From contig JAYSTI010000001.1 in the NCBI GenBank assembly GCA_043719805.1, positions 151,770 through 215,769 of the forward strand: DNA of 64,000 nucleotides, read 5' to 3'. Position 1 is the stretch's first letter; each line of letters begins with the position of its first letter. Position numbers and translations under genes: made by a program. Of this stretch, positions 48,301 to 55,694 are shown in pieces. A model generated the notes under the pieces. It was not told the DNA's origin. It made no database searches and was given only the letters and a program-made list of their open reading frames with translations. The DNA comes from Candidatus Lloydbacteria bacterium. GTDB lineage: Bacteria > Patescibacteriota > Minisyncoccia > Phycocordibacterales > UBA6899.

Positions 48301-51300
48301 ACTGTGAGCTTGCGCGTCAGGTGATAGAGGTTTGTGGCGTCATAAGAATAGGTGGTCTTGGTATTGTTGCCATAATCCACCTCTGTTGGTTTTCCATGCG
48401 GGCCATAGGTCACCGACTCAAGAAGTGTGTTCCACGTGGTTGACCCGACAGAAAGACCGCGCACGCGATTGAGATCTCCGGCGTCATTGTAGGCGTAAGC
48501 GATCTGATGTCCGGTGGGATAGGTCAGTGTATCGACAGCACCAGTACGGAGATAACTTGTTGACGTGGTTGCCCAGGTACTGCTGACCTGCTTTGCTTCA
48601 GTTGATACAAGACCGATGGGGTTATATATATACGTGGTCGTTGCGGCATTGTTGGCATTTATCTCGCACACTCTTCCCTTCCCGTTCGTACAGGTGTCGT
48701 AACGATAGATGATATCGGTTAGTCCGGTTGAGGTTGTTGTCGCATCTTCGGAGAGTACTCGATTAAGCGCATCATAGGTGTAGGAGATCGTGTTTCCGCG
48801 TGGAGTGTAAACTTGAATCAGATTTCCGGCAAGGTCGTATTGGCGTGAAGTTGTGCCAAATGTCGTATCACCCGATGAGTGCAGGTCCTCACTTCCCGTG
48901 AGGCGAGCGAGGTTGTCGTACGTGAAGTTGCGAATATTTGCCGACGCATCGGTCAACTTCGTGAGCTTGCCGAGGAGATTCCAGTTGTATGTCGTCGTCC
49001 CCGAGACGGTGGGACTCAGATACTCAACGACCGTCGCAAGATTGCCGTATGTGTCTTTGGCGAGATCCTTTTTGTTGCCAAGTGGATCGGTCACCGTGAG
49101 CTGCCAATCGTTGTATGTGTTGGTGGTTGTGCCGAAGACATCCGCAACGGTCTTCGTTCTCCCCGCTGCATCGTATGCGAAGTTGGTGAAGAAGTACGCC
49201 GCGGTTGTCGCACTCGTGTACGCACTCGTTGTCGCAAAATACGGGAGCGACTGCGCACCCACTGCACCGATGGTGTTGTATATCGTGTCATTCGTGATCC
49301 ATCCGTTTACAGATTCTGCTTCGCGCTTCGACTGTATTGTACGACCAAGGCCATCGAGATATGTGTATGCTTCGGTGGTCGTTGCGTTCGAGAGATAATC
49401 TTTGCGGAAGACACTTGATGGGGTCGTGGTCGAATCGGTGTACGAATACGTGGTGCGCGTCACCATCGTGCTTGCACTCATGAAGTCAGGCTGCTTTTCC
49501 TCAGTGGGTCTGTCGAGTCCATCATATAGCGTTACCATCGTCTTGCTGTTCTCGTCGCTTGAGGTAGCAACCTTGCCGGACGAGTAGTCGTAGTAGAAAC
49601 TCATTGATTGAGACAGCGCATTTGTTGTTGATGCGGGATAGAGGTTGTATAGGTCGTAAGTGTAGTTGGTGGGATTCCCGAGTGGATCGCGTGACTGTGT
49701 GACAAGTCCGTATGCATTGTATGCTTTGGTGGTCGAGGCATAGGTGGAGCCAGAGATCAATCTCTCTTCTTTGGTTTGATTTCCCGCCGACACAGAACCG
49801 AACGAAAGGTTGTCATACGTCCACTTCGTGTCTTTGACGGTAGCTCCCAACTGGTCTGTCACCAATTCGCGTGACAGGAGCGACATGATGCTGTTTGTGG
49901 AACTCGCAGCGTATGTGTATGTCGTTGACGCTTTGTCGGCACCAAGATCAGTGAATGTTCCGTCGCTTGCGCCTGACACTTCTCCGTAGTTATCGCGCTC
50001 GGAAACATTTCCCAGGGTATCATCGTACGTGCTTGCAATCGCCATATCACGATGCGTCGAATCCCCATCGAATGTCTGCACGAGCGACTGGATGAGCTTC
50101 ACAAAATTGCGCCCATCGCCATAGTCGGCACGCGCCCACTTGTTGATGGTGCGAGAAAAAAGATTTGCTGCACTCGTCGTACCATTGAGCATCTCGATGC
50201 GATAGGGTTTTCCCGTCTTGGAGATGTGGTCGTTGTACTCGCCATTGGATGAGTCGCTTGTGTTCCCCTGATGGAAGTATGTACGGATTGTGTGACCCTG
50301 CGCATTTGTTTTTGTGGTGCTTCCAAATCCTGCAAACTGACGATCAGTGCTACTCCCGAAGTAGTACGAACCGCCACGAAAATCGTAGGTCGTCGTGGCT
50401 ATCGCGCCACCAAAGCGGGGGTCAGTGGCAATGGTTTTCACTGTATCGAATGCTATCGCAAGCGAAGGATTCGGTAAATTACCCATTGAATCAATTTGCC
50501 CACTGCGCCCATAGGCGATCGTCTGCGTTCCGCCTATTTCATTCTTGATACTGGTGAGCACGTCGGACTTCACACCATTTTTTAGCTTCACGCTCCTAAT
50601 CAGATTCGTGCAGTTACAATCGTAATATCCATTGCGCGACTGTACTATATCAATTAAACCATCACTGTTTACATCATCTATCACAAAGCCCCTATCGTAG
50701 ACCACTCCACTTTGGATAAATACGAACCCCCCACCAAGACCTGCTCCCGATGCCACCCAGCCTAAACCTGTATTGAGATAGTTCACACCTGCGTTGTCGG
50801 TAATGTCGGGTAAACCGTCACTGTTTGAATCAGCAAATCTTGCTCCCGTATCACCCGTGCTATCGACAAATGCCACAGGGGGAAGCCAGGGGGTACTCGA
50901 AGTGCCCCATCCATGGCCAGTGTTCAGATATGTAGCCTGAGATACGCCGCTTTTCGACGCCACGACATCAACGAGCCCGTCTCCATTCACATCTATAAAA
51001 CGTACGCCGTTGTCATGATTTGAAACGACGGGCGTCACCGGGGAGTTCCACGCTGAATCATAGACCCACTGACTGCCATTATTGATAAACGTTCCTGCCC
51101 CGGTAATGTCGGCCAAACCGTCACCATTCACATCGGCCATGGTGTACCCAAAGTCGTTATAGGTGATGTTGTACACAGAAGTAACAAAACTCACGGGGAG
51201 AGTACGACCCGAAAGAGTCCACCCATTTGGGCCACCGTAGTACACCCTATTTTGTGCGGTGCTTCCACAATTAACGCCCCAGTAGCACATTATTGACTGT

Positions 51301-54300
51301 ACTATATCCACAATCCCATCGCCGTTAACATCAGCGAGACGCACGCCATTATCACCACCCCCGCCAGGACTCACCGGGAAATAGTTAGTCGTTGCGGTCG
51401 CCCACGTGCTGCCCGTATTGAGCCATGCATTCGTCGTACTATAAAGAATATCAGGTAATGAATCTCCGTTTGCATCGACAACGCGCACTCCGCCGTCGCC
51501 ACTACTTGAATCAACAAAGCTATAGAGCGGTGAAGGAAGTGACCAGTGTGCACCGTCGGATTCTGTCCATGTATTTGTGCTCGTGGAATACCCGTATTGT
51601 ATTATTGGAAGTGTCGTCGTTCCCACACCCGCACCCCAACCTGACTCCCCAACTGAGCTTAACAAAGAACGCTTAGTGTTATTCCCTTCGACATAACTCA
51701 ATTGGTAGCGATGGGTGAGTTGTCCGTTTGTGCGCACGAGAATTTCCTTGATCCTTTGACTTGTCACCACCGGAAAACCAGAGAGCGAACTTGTCGCAAT
51801 ATCGGGACGATTTTCACGTGCAAACTCCACTTCATAGATACCGGCACTACCGCCGTTTGATGTGTAATTCACCTTGTACGGATACACTTGCCCCGTAGCG
51901 GAATCTTTATAATAGGAATATGTTGCGGCATTGCCATTTGGGTCAGTGATGCTTTCGAGCATCCAGCGAAAAGTGGAGGTCGCCGCGTTGCCATTGTCTA
52001 AACGAGAACTACTAGCACTTCCGAACACGTATCTCCATCCCTTCTTATCTTTAGCCGTCCATCCACCATCCCCGGAAATAAGGTGATAACTTATAAAGTC
52101 GCCATTCTCCACTTTTGCATCATAGTCAGTACTATAGTCCATGACAAAATAGTCGCCAGACGCACTCCAGTCACCCGCTGTTCCTACCTGATTCCAGAAC
52201 TTCATACGCCAATAGTACTTTGTGCCATCAATAACAAACGTGGTAGTCGAGAAAATTTGTGGCGTACGTACACCAGAAGGGGTAGAACTTGAGAGCGTGA
52301 CCTTCCCACTATCCCAATACAAGCTCGACCAACTCGTTGAAGATGAGGTCACTTGAATTTCATAACTTGACGCAAGGGCCGTCGAGGAGGCACTTTGGTA
52401 GACGGCGGAAAACTGCGGGCTCGATGTCGCGACACCGCTTGGATTCGTTTGTGACCCGACCCAAAGTGCAATCGGCGCAGAAGTGTCGGTGAGCACCGTT
52501 TCAATCGTCAGATATGGATCGGTTGATGTCCCCGTCGCCTCGGACATCGCGATATTAAAGCTTAAATCAGTGTTTGCGCCAGGACTTGGTGGGACGCTAT
52601 CAATCGTGTCTGCATGAACGAGCGCACCGAACGTCGTGACCCCGGCCTTATTGATTGAGGTGGTCGAAAGGTTGATATTGTTATACGCTCCGTTCGTTGT
52701 CGCATCATAATCAAGAAAACCGTGAACGGTTGTGCCGAAATTTGCAATCGCATAGTCCCCCGATGAAAGATAGGTACTCGCCGAGGTGGTGGCCGACACG
52801 ATATCGAGATCTTCATCGCGATCTGGTGCACCGACTTGATTAATGTGATTGTTCACATACAGAGAAAGCGTCGCAGTTGCGATTGTATCAGTAGGTGGGA
52901 TGCTTGATGTATCAAATTTGAGAATACATCGGCCGATGGAGCGCCACAGAGTTTCGGCCAATGCGCGACATTCTACTAGTGCCGCGTTATTATCCACATT
53001 TCCCGTCGTTCGACCCCTCAATGATGACCATGCCTCAGTGGGAGTAACGTACGTACTAATGTAGCCATCGACCAAAGGAGTGCTGAAACTAAATATTGCG
53101 TCACTTCGGACGGGATACGTCGCCTTCTCAAGCCATGCGCGAGGAATTCTTTTGGTGAAGGTAATACTGCCATCTGCGTTCTGTGTATAAGAAATATTAA
53201 CTGATGATACATTCGATAATACTGTCGAAGCATCTGCGGAATACGCCATGGGGGGAAGGATGTATGTCGGTGTACCAAAAGTGTCAGTGATGGTAACGAC
53301 ACCCGATGAAACGAGAGGCTGATCTTTGGCCAGCGTTTGGGAATCTGATTTGAGTGTGAGGGTGGAGGCACCCGAAAGTGTGAAGGGTATTTCCAGATAA
53401 TCGCCCTTCAGATTTGCGAGCGCATCGATATTCCTAATTACAACGTTTTCAACAATTGAATTGTCCTTGGTGATGACCTCAAGATCAATGCCGGCCCCGA
53501 GAAGGTCGGGGTACAACATTGTGTATTCATCAGTCCTTTCAGCGCGGAGTGGGGTCGTCGTTGAAACTCCCGGCACGTCGATGTTGATGGTGCTCGCGGC
53601 ATGAGTGAAGGACAGCAGATGTGATTTTCCTGTTGTATCTAATGTGGCTTCGTATGGGGCTTTGGTGACATGGAACTCACCATCACCCTTCACGAGTCGC
53701 GAGTCTATTTCTTCGTATGATTGTGTTTGTGCGTCAAAGTATTGTACGGGAGCAGGATAGAGGCGATACAGTGTACTGATCTTGCGCTCTCTGTCCACGT
53801 TAATAAATTTTCGCATTGTCGGGGTGCGCTCGGAGGTCAACTCAACGGGGACATCAATTTGCGCAGCAAATGCGCCATTTGGGCTGCGCACGCTATCGAG
53901 AGTTGTTCCTTTCCCTTTCGCTATTGACGTGACAACGGGAGTGGATGGAACTACGGTATCAAGAAGTGGGGTCGCACTTACTTGGGATACCACGGCGTCC
54001 CCAATCACTGGAGTGTCCATAACGGGAACGGTATCTGCCGCGAGGTCACTAGGAACAATTGTGGTGTCTTCGAGCGCAAGGCGAGAAGGAAATTTGAAGG
54101 ATGGCAGCGTAGATGCAAAAAGAGAATACCCGAGGAATGATCCCCCTACTGGGGTCGTGGTGCTAACGGGGAGTAGCTCGCCTGAGAGTGAAGAATAGAA
54201 AAAACTGTGCTGAATATCCTGATTGAATAGGTTATCAACACCAGCCTTATTGAGACGCTCGATGTATGGAATGTTCATCGACCATCCGTAACCGAATAGA

Positions 54301-54590
54301 GAATCGAGGCGGGTGTTTGCGGAAGAATAGGAGAGCTTGAGATCGGGCTGAACGCCACCTCTTCCGAGGGGAATGGCAATGGGGAGTGATTGCTCAAATG
54401 CTCCACTTTGCATGTCGGGCTGCAAATAGGGACGCGGTGCGAAATTATCTTTCGTGTTCCGATAAAAGTCGTCCTCAGCGAAAACAAGTCCACTCGGGAC
54501 GAGCATGCTTACAATAACAAGAAGTGCGAGATTTGCACTCAATCGTTTTTTGTTTCTGATAACAGCAAACGCCCCCAAGTGCTTCTCCAT
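45369..54590 (-). CDS. Giant secreted polymorphic toxin (3073 aa): SpvB-like N-terminus, FG-GAP repeats, YD/RHS repeats, RHS core, C-terminal toxin
   Basis: Signal peptide; GAFEQSLPIAIPLGRGGVQPDLKLSYSS...GYGWS; 6x DxNxDxxxD; YD repeats; YLNARYYD and NNPINYSDPSG; start reassigned to MEKHL. Confidence 0.92.
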   Translation of the reverse strand: MEKHLGAFAVIRNKKRLSANLALLVIVSMLVPSGLVFAEDDFYRNTKDNFAPRPYLQPDMQSGAFEQSLPIAIPLGRGGVQPDLKLSYSSANTRLDSLFGYGWSMNIPYIERLNKAGVDNLFNQDIQHSFFYSSLSGELLPVSTTTPVGGSFLGYSLFASTLPSFKFPSRLALEDTTIVPSDLAADTVPVMDTPVIGDAVVSQVSATPLLDTVVPSTPVVTSIAKGKGTTLDSVRSPNGAFAAQIDVPVELTSERTPTMRKFINVDRERKISTLYRLYPAPVQYFDAQTQSYEEIDSRLVKGDGEFHVTKAPYEATLDTTGKSHLLSFTHAASTINIDVPGVSTTTPLRAERTDEYTMLYPDLLGAGIDLEVITKDNSIVENVVIRNIDALANLKGDYLEIPFTLSGASTLTLKSDSQTLAKDQPLVSSGVVTITDTFGTPTYILPPMAYSADASTVLSNVSSVNISYTQNADGSITFTKRIPRAWLEKATYPVRSDAIFSFSTPLVDGYISTYVTPTEAWSSLRGRTTGNVDNNAALVECRALAETLWRSIGRCILKFDTSSIPPTDTIATATLSLYVNNHINQVGAPDRDEDLDIVSATTSASTYLSSGDYAIANFGTTVHGFLDYDATTNGAYNNINLSTTSINKAGVTTFGALVHADTIDSVPPSPGANTDLSFNIAMSEATGTSTDPYLTIETVLTDTSAPIALWVGSQTNPSGVATSSPQFSAVYQSASSTALASSYEIQVTSSSTSWSSLYWDSGKVTLSSSTPSGVRTPQIFSTTTFVIDGTKYYWRMKFWNQVGTAGDWSASGDYFVMDYSTDYDAKVENGDFISYHLISGDGGWTAKDKKGWRYVFGSASSSRLDNGNAATSTFRWMLESITDPNGNAATYSYYKDSATGQVYPYKVNYTSNGGSAGIYEVEFARENRPDIATSSLSGFPVVTSQRIKEILVRTNGQLTHRYQLSYVEGNNTKRSLLSSVGESGWGAGVGTTTLPIIQYGYSTSTNTWTESDGAHWSLPSPLYSFVDSSSGDGGVRVVDANGDSLPDILYSTTNAWLNTGSTWATATTNYFPVSPGGGGDNGVRLADVNGDGIVDIVQSIMCYWGVNCGSTAQNRVYYGGPNGWTLSGRTLPVSFVTSVYNITYNDFGYTMADVNGDGLADITGAGTFINNGSQWVYDSAWNSPVTPVVSNHDNGVRFIDVNGDGLVDVVASKSGVSQATYLNTGHGWGTSSTPWLPPVAFVDSTGDTGARFADSNSDGLPDITDNAGVNYLNTGLGWVASGAGLGGGFVFIQSGVVYDRGFVIDDVNSDGLIDIVQSRNGYYDCNCTNLIRSVKLKNGVKSDVLTSIKNEIGGTQTIAYGRSGQIDSMGNLPNPSLAIAFDTVKTIATDPRFGGAIATTTYDFRGGSYYFGSSTDRQFAGFGSTTKTNAQGHTIRTYFHQGNTSDSSNGEYNDHISKTGKPYRIEMLNGTTSAANLFSRTINKWARADYGDGRNFVKLIQSLVQTFDGDSTHRDMAIASTYDDTLGNVSERDNYGEVSGASDGTFTDLGADKASTTYTYAASSTNSIMSLLSRELVTDQLGATVKDTKWTYDNLSFGSVSAGNQTKEERLISGSTYASTTKAYNAYGLVTQSRDPLGNPTNYTYDLYNLYPASTTNALSQSMSFYYDYSSGKVATSSDENSKTMVTLYDGLDRPTEEKQPDFMSASTMVTRTTYSYTDSTTTPSSVFRKDYLSNATTTEAYTYLDGLGRTIQSKREAESVNGWITNDTIYNTIGAVGAQSLPYFATTSAYTSATTAAYFFTNFAYDAAGRTKTVADVFGTTTNTYNDWQLTVTDPLGNKKDLAKDTYGNLATVVEYLSPTVSGTTTYNWNLLGKLTKLTDASANIRNFTYDNLARLTGSEDLHSSGDTTFGTTSRQYDLAGNLIQVYTPRGNTISYTYDALNRVLSEDATTTSTGLTDIIYRYDTCTNGKGRVCEINANNAATTTYIYNPIGLVSTEAKQVSSTWATTSTSYLRTGAVDTLTYPTGHQIAYAYNDAGDLNRVRGLSVGSTTWNTLLESVTYGPHGKPTEVDYGNNTKTTYSYDATNLYHLTRKLTVSTSTLSTPEQLLFLGMTFGKNKLRSLALLETENTTASPLLSIEEVLLSVYASSTPSTTPLVIENETSLLIPSDNPVVTAAVLETPVIISPLPSLSIATSTLVEIIATSTRPVADSLIGAPIAQHANLKGQAIANIGSISKVRQGAYFIEVQRMDPIEGGVQVFARAWDANDRPIGFGDDGTVEIERFRFFNPRILVPDGTKRRVVDEGRANQSHEVNNYKEDLKLALQSELAHAISIAGKSGDFIVSGKIGNTTDTYYPDADPETSSVDGQVVSDSANGTWASIHDGTTGYAAYPSGQGTAAYISADTGTNGWDGLSRTFLLFDTANLPDTNTVSSATLSGKTIAKNNQSWSTTYNIYSSNPASNSDLVTADFDEVGTTPFSTAVAYASFANDSWNDWTLNASGISAVSKTGVSKFSFREATYDVANTAPTWVSGGFERIVLYSTESSAGTSDDSKLVVVHSAGGGGGGGTAYTGLQDINYTYDLVGNITKTIDNSDSRSAATTTYSYDGLYRLVSASTTEATSTPYSHTYAYDLLGNMTSKSDVGSYTYAGTGWMNPHAASAINGNALTYDNAGNVTSYNGMSNTWDYLNRLLSTTKSGTSTSYLYDHTGQRVTESINKGSGTTTTSFFSKYFSTKGATTTLSIYAGDMLIGTVEGNGTATSTLIAHADHLNSTSVWSNSTGGAGEVTAYYPFGEKRLDEKTGTAKASRQFIGEHQSDDVGMSYLNARYYDGGNGKFKSQDPVARDIGMMGKIPPYIIAASGMNPAEIDQTTVLASPQLLNSYSYSGNNPINYSDPSGKAGITFVPLGVAIFTVANFFVYGAADLMPGDQSAMRNFAGGNLQYVNDVANGNANSLPLLATFSGGYKPAGNPSVAGRASISLPTNRSQLGHIFRNEPGHLADTPANRQLLLGTANNQKNMLGVAESGNTWYGNTQKNGTQVWAETRNGNIVNGGVNSAPRTFNPQTGLSSPIKPKN

Positions 54591-54742
54591 ACACGTAAGA
54601 TTATGAATATGTAACCAATGATACGCCTTTATAAAATATAATCCTTGTAACATCCTACGAAATGTGGGGAGAATGGGGGGACAACGAGGTGGTGGGCCGG
54701 ATGTGCTCGCCCAATGTGGATTGCACCCATATAATGAAATAC

Positions 54743-55438
54743 ATGCCCCCAAGCGACGAAAATCAAAACTCACCCTCTGTGGTACCCCAAGAGCCCGAAA
54801 CACCCCAAGGGAATGCCCCTGCTCTTCAGGCAATGTCTGATACGACCTCGAATGACGAGATGACCCCTTCGGTGGACACAACACAGGCCTCTGTGGTGAG
54901 CGAGATACCTGACAGCTCAGTAGTGACAGAGGCTGAACAAGTAACCGTACCTGTGCCAGACTCCGTGGAAACGACACAAACTGAGCCATCTTCTGACGCT
55001 GCAATTCCTGAGGTGGTGACGATCCCAATTGTGGAAACACCATCGCCCAACTCAGGCGACGTTATGGAAAGTGAGCATCTACCAGAGACCGTAAACGGCT
55101 CAAATGGTGTATCTGAGCCAATACCCTCTCCATCGGCTTCGGGAGCAGTGGAAAGCGAGATTACCCAGTCGGCAGTTGCAACGACGGTGGCGAGCACAAG
55201 CATCGTTCTGCTACTACTCCAGAAAGGACGTGCAATCATTCAGCTGCGGAAGTACAAGAAACTCGAGCGAATCATGGGGCTCTTTGCGAAGAAGCCCCAC
55301 ATCAGAAATGACGACGTCGAGAAGCTGCTGCGCGTCTCAGATGCTACCGCGACGCGCTATCTCTCACTACTTGAGCGATCGGGAAAAATCACTCAGTCGG
55401 GCAAAGCGGGGCGGGGTGTGGTGTATGTGAAAACCTAA
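54743..55438 (+). CDS. Protein with acidic disordered N-terminus and C-terminal DeoR-like winged HTH
   Basis: IRNDDVEKLLRVSDATATRYLSLLE..GKI...G..GRGV.Y; TATAAT 7 nt before the ATG. Confidence 0.8.
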   Translation: MPPSDENQNSPSVVPQEPETPQGNAPALQAMSDTTSNDEMTPSVDTTQASVVSEIPDSSVVTEAEQVTVPVPDSVETTQTEPSSDAAIPEVVTIPIVETPSPNSGDVMESEHLPETVNGSNGVSEPIPSPSASGAVESEITQSAVATTVASTSIVLLLLQKGRAIIQLRKYKKLERIMGLFAKKPHIRNDDVEKLLRVSDATATRYLSLLERSGKITQSGKAGRGVVYVKT

Positions 55439-55511
55439 ACGGCTCAGATGGTGTACATGAACCGTTTAGGCCTTGGAAATCAAAATTGATCTGACAGAAG
55501 CGATCACACCA

Positions 55512-55642
55512 GGGCGGGTTTCAGTTTGGAGTGAAGAACGAGGCGTCAACGCGGAAGTCTTCCAGAGGCGTACTCGGAGTACGATGAGCGGAGACTCCGC
55601 AAGTCGACAACGAAGTTATTCGCCCAAAATGGAAGTCACCCC
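55512..55642 (+). repeat. Dispersed hairpin element, family B
   Basis: CGAGGCG...GGCGTACTCGGAGTACG...CAACGAAG in a long imperfect inverted repeat. Confidence 0.8.
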
Positions 55643-55694
55643 GCAACAAAAAAACAGCCCCGGGAGGAGCTGTTTTTTTGTTTGATCTGCTATT

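Noticed and set aside
54591-55043. 151-aa N-terminal extension of the RHS ORF
   Set aside because: It overlaps the divergent wHTH gene, and the signal peptide starts at 54590.
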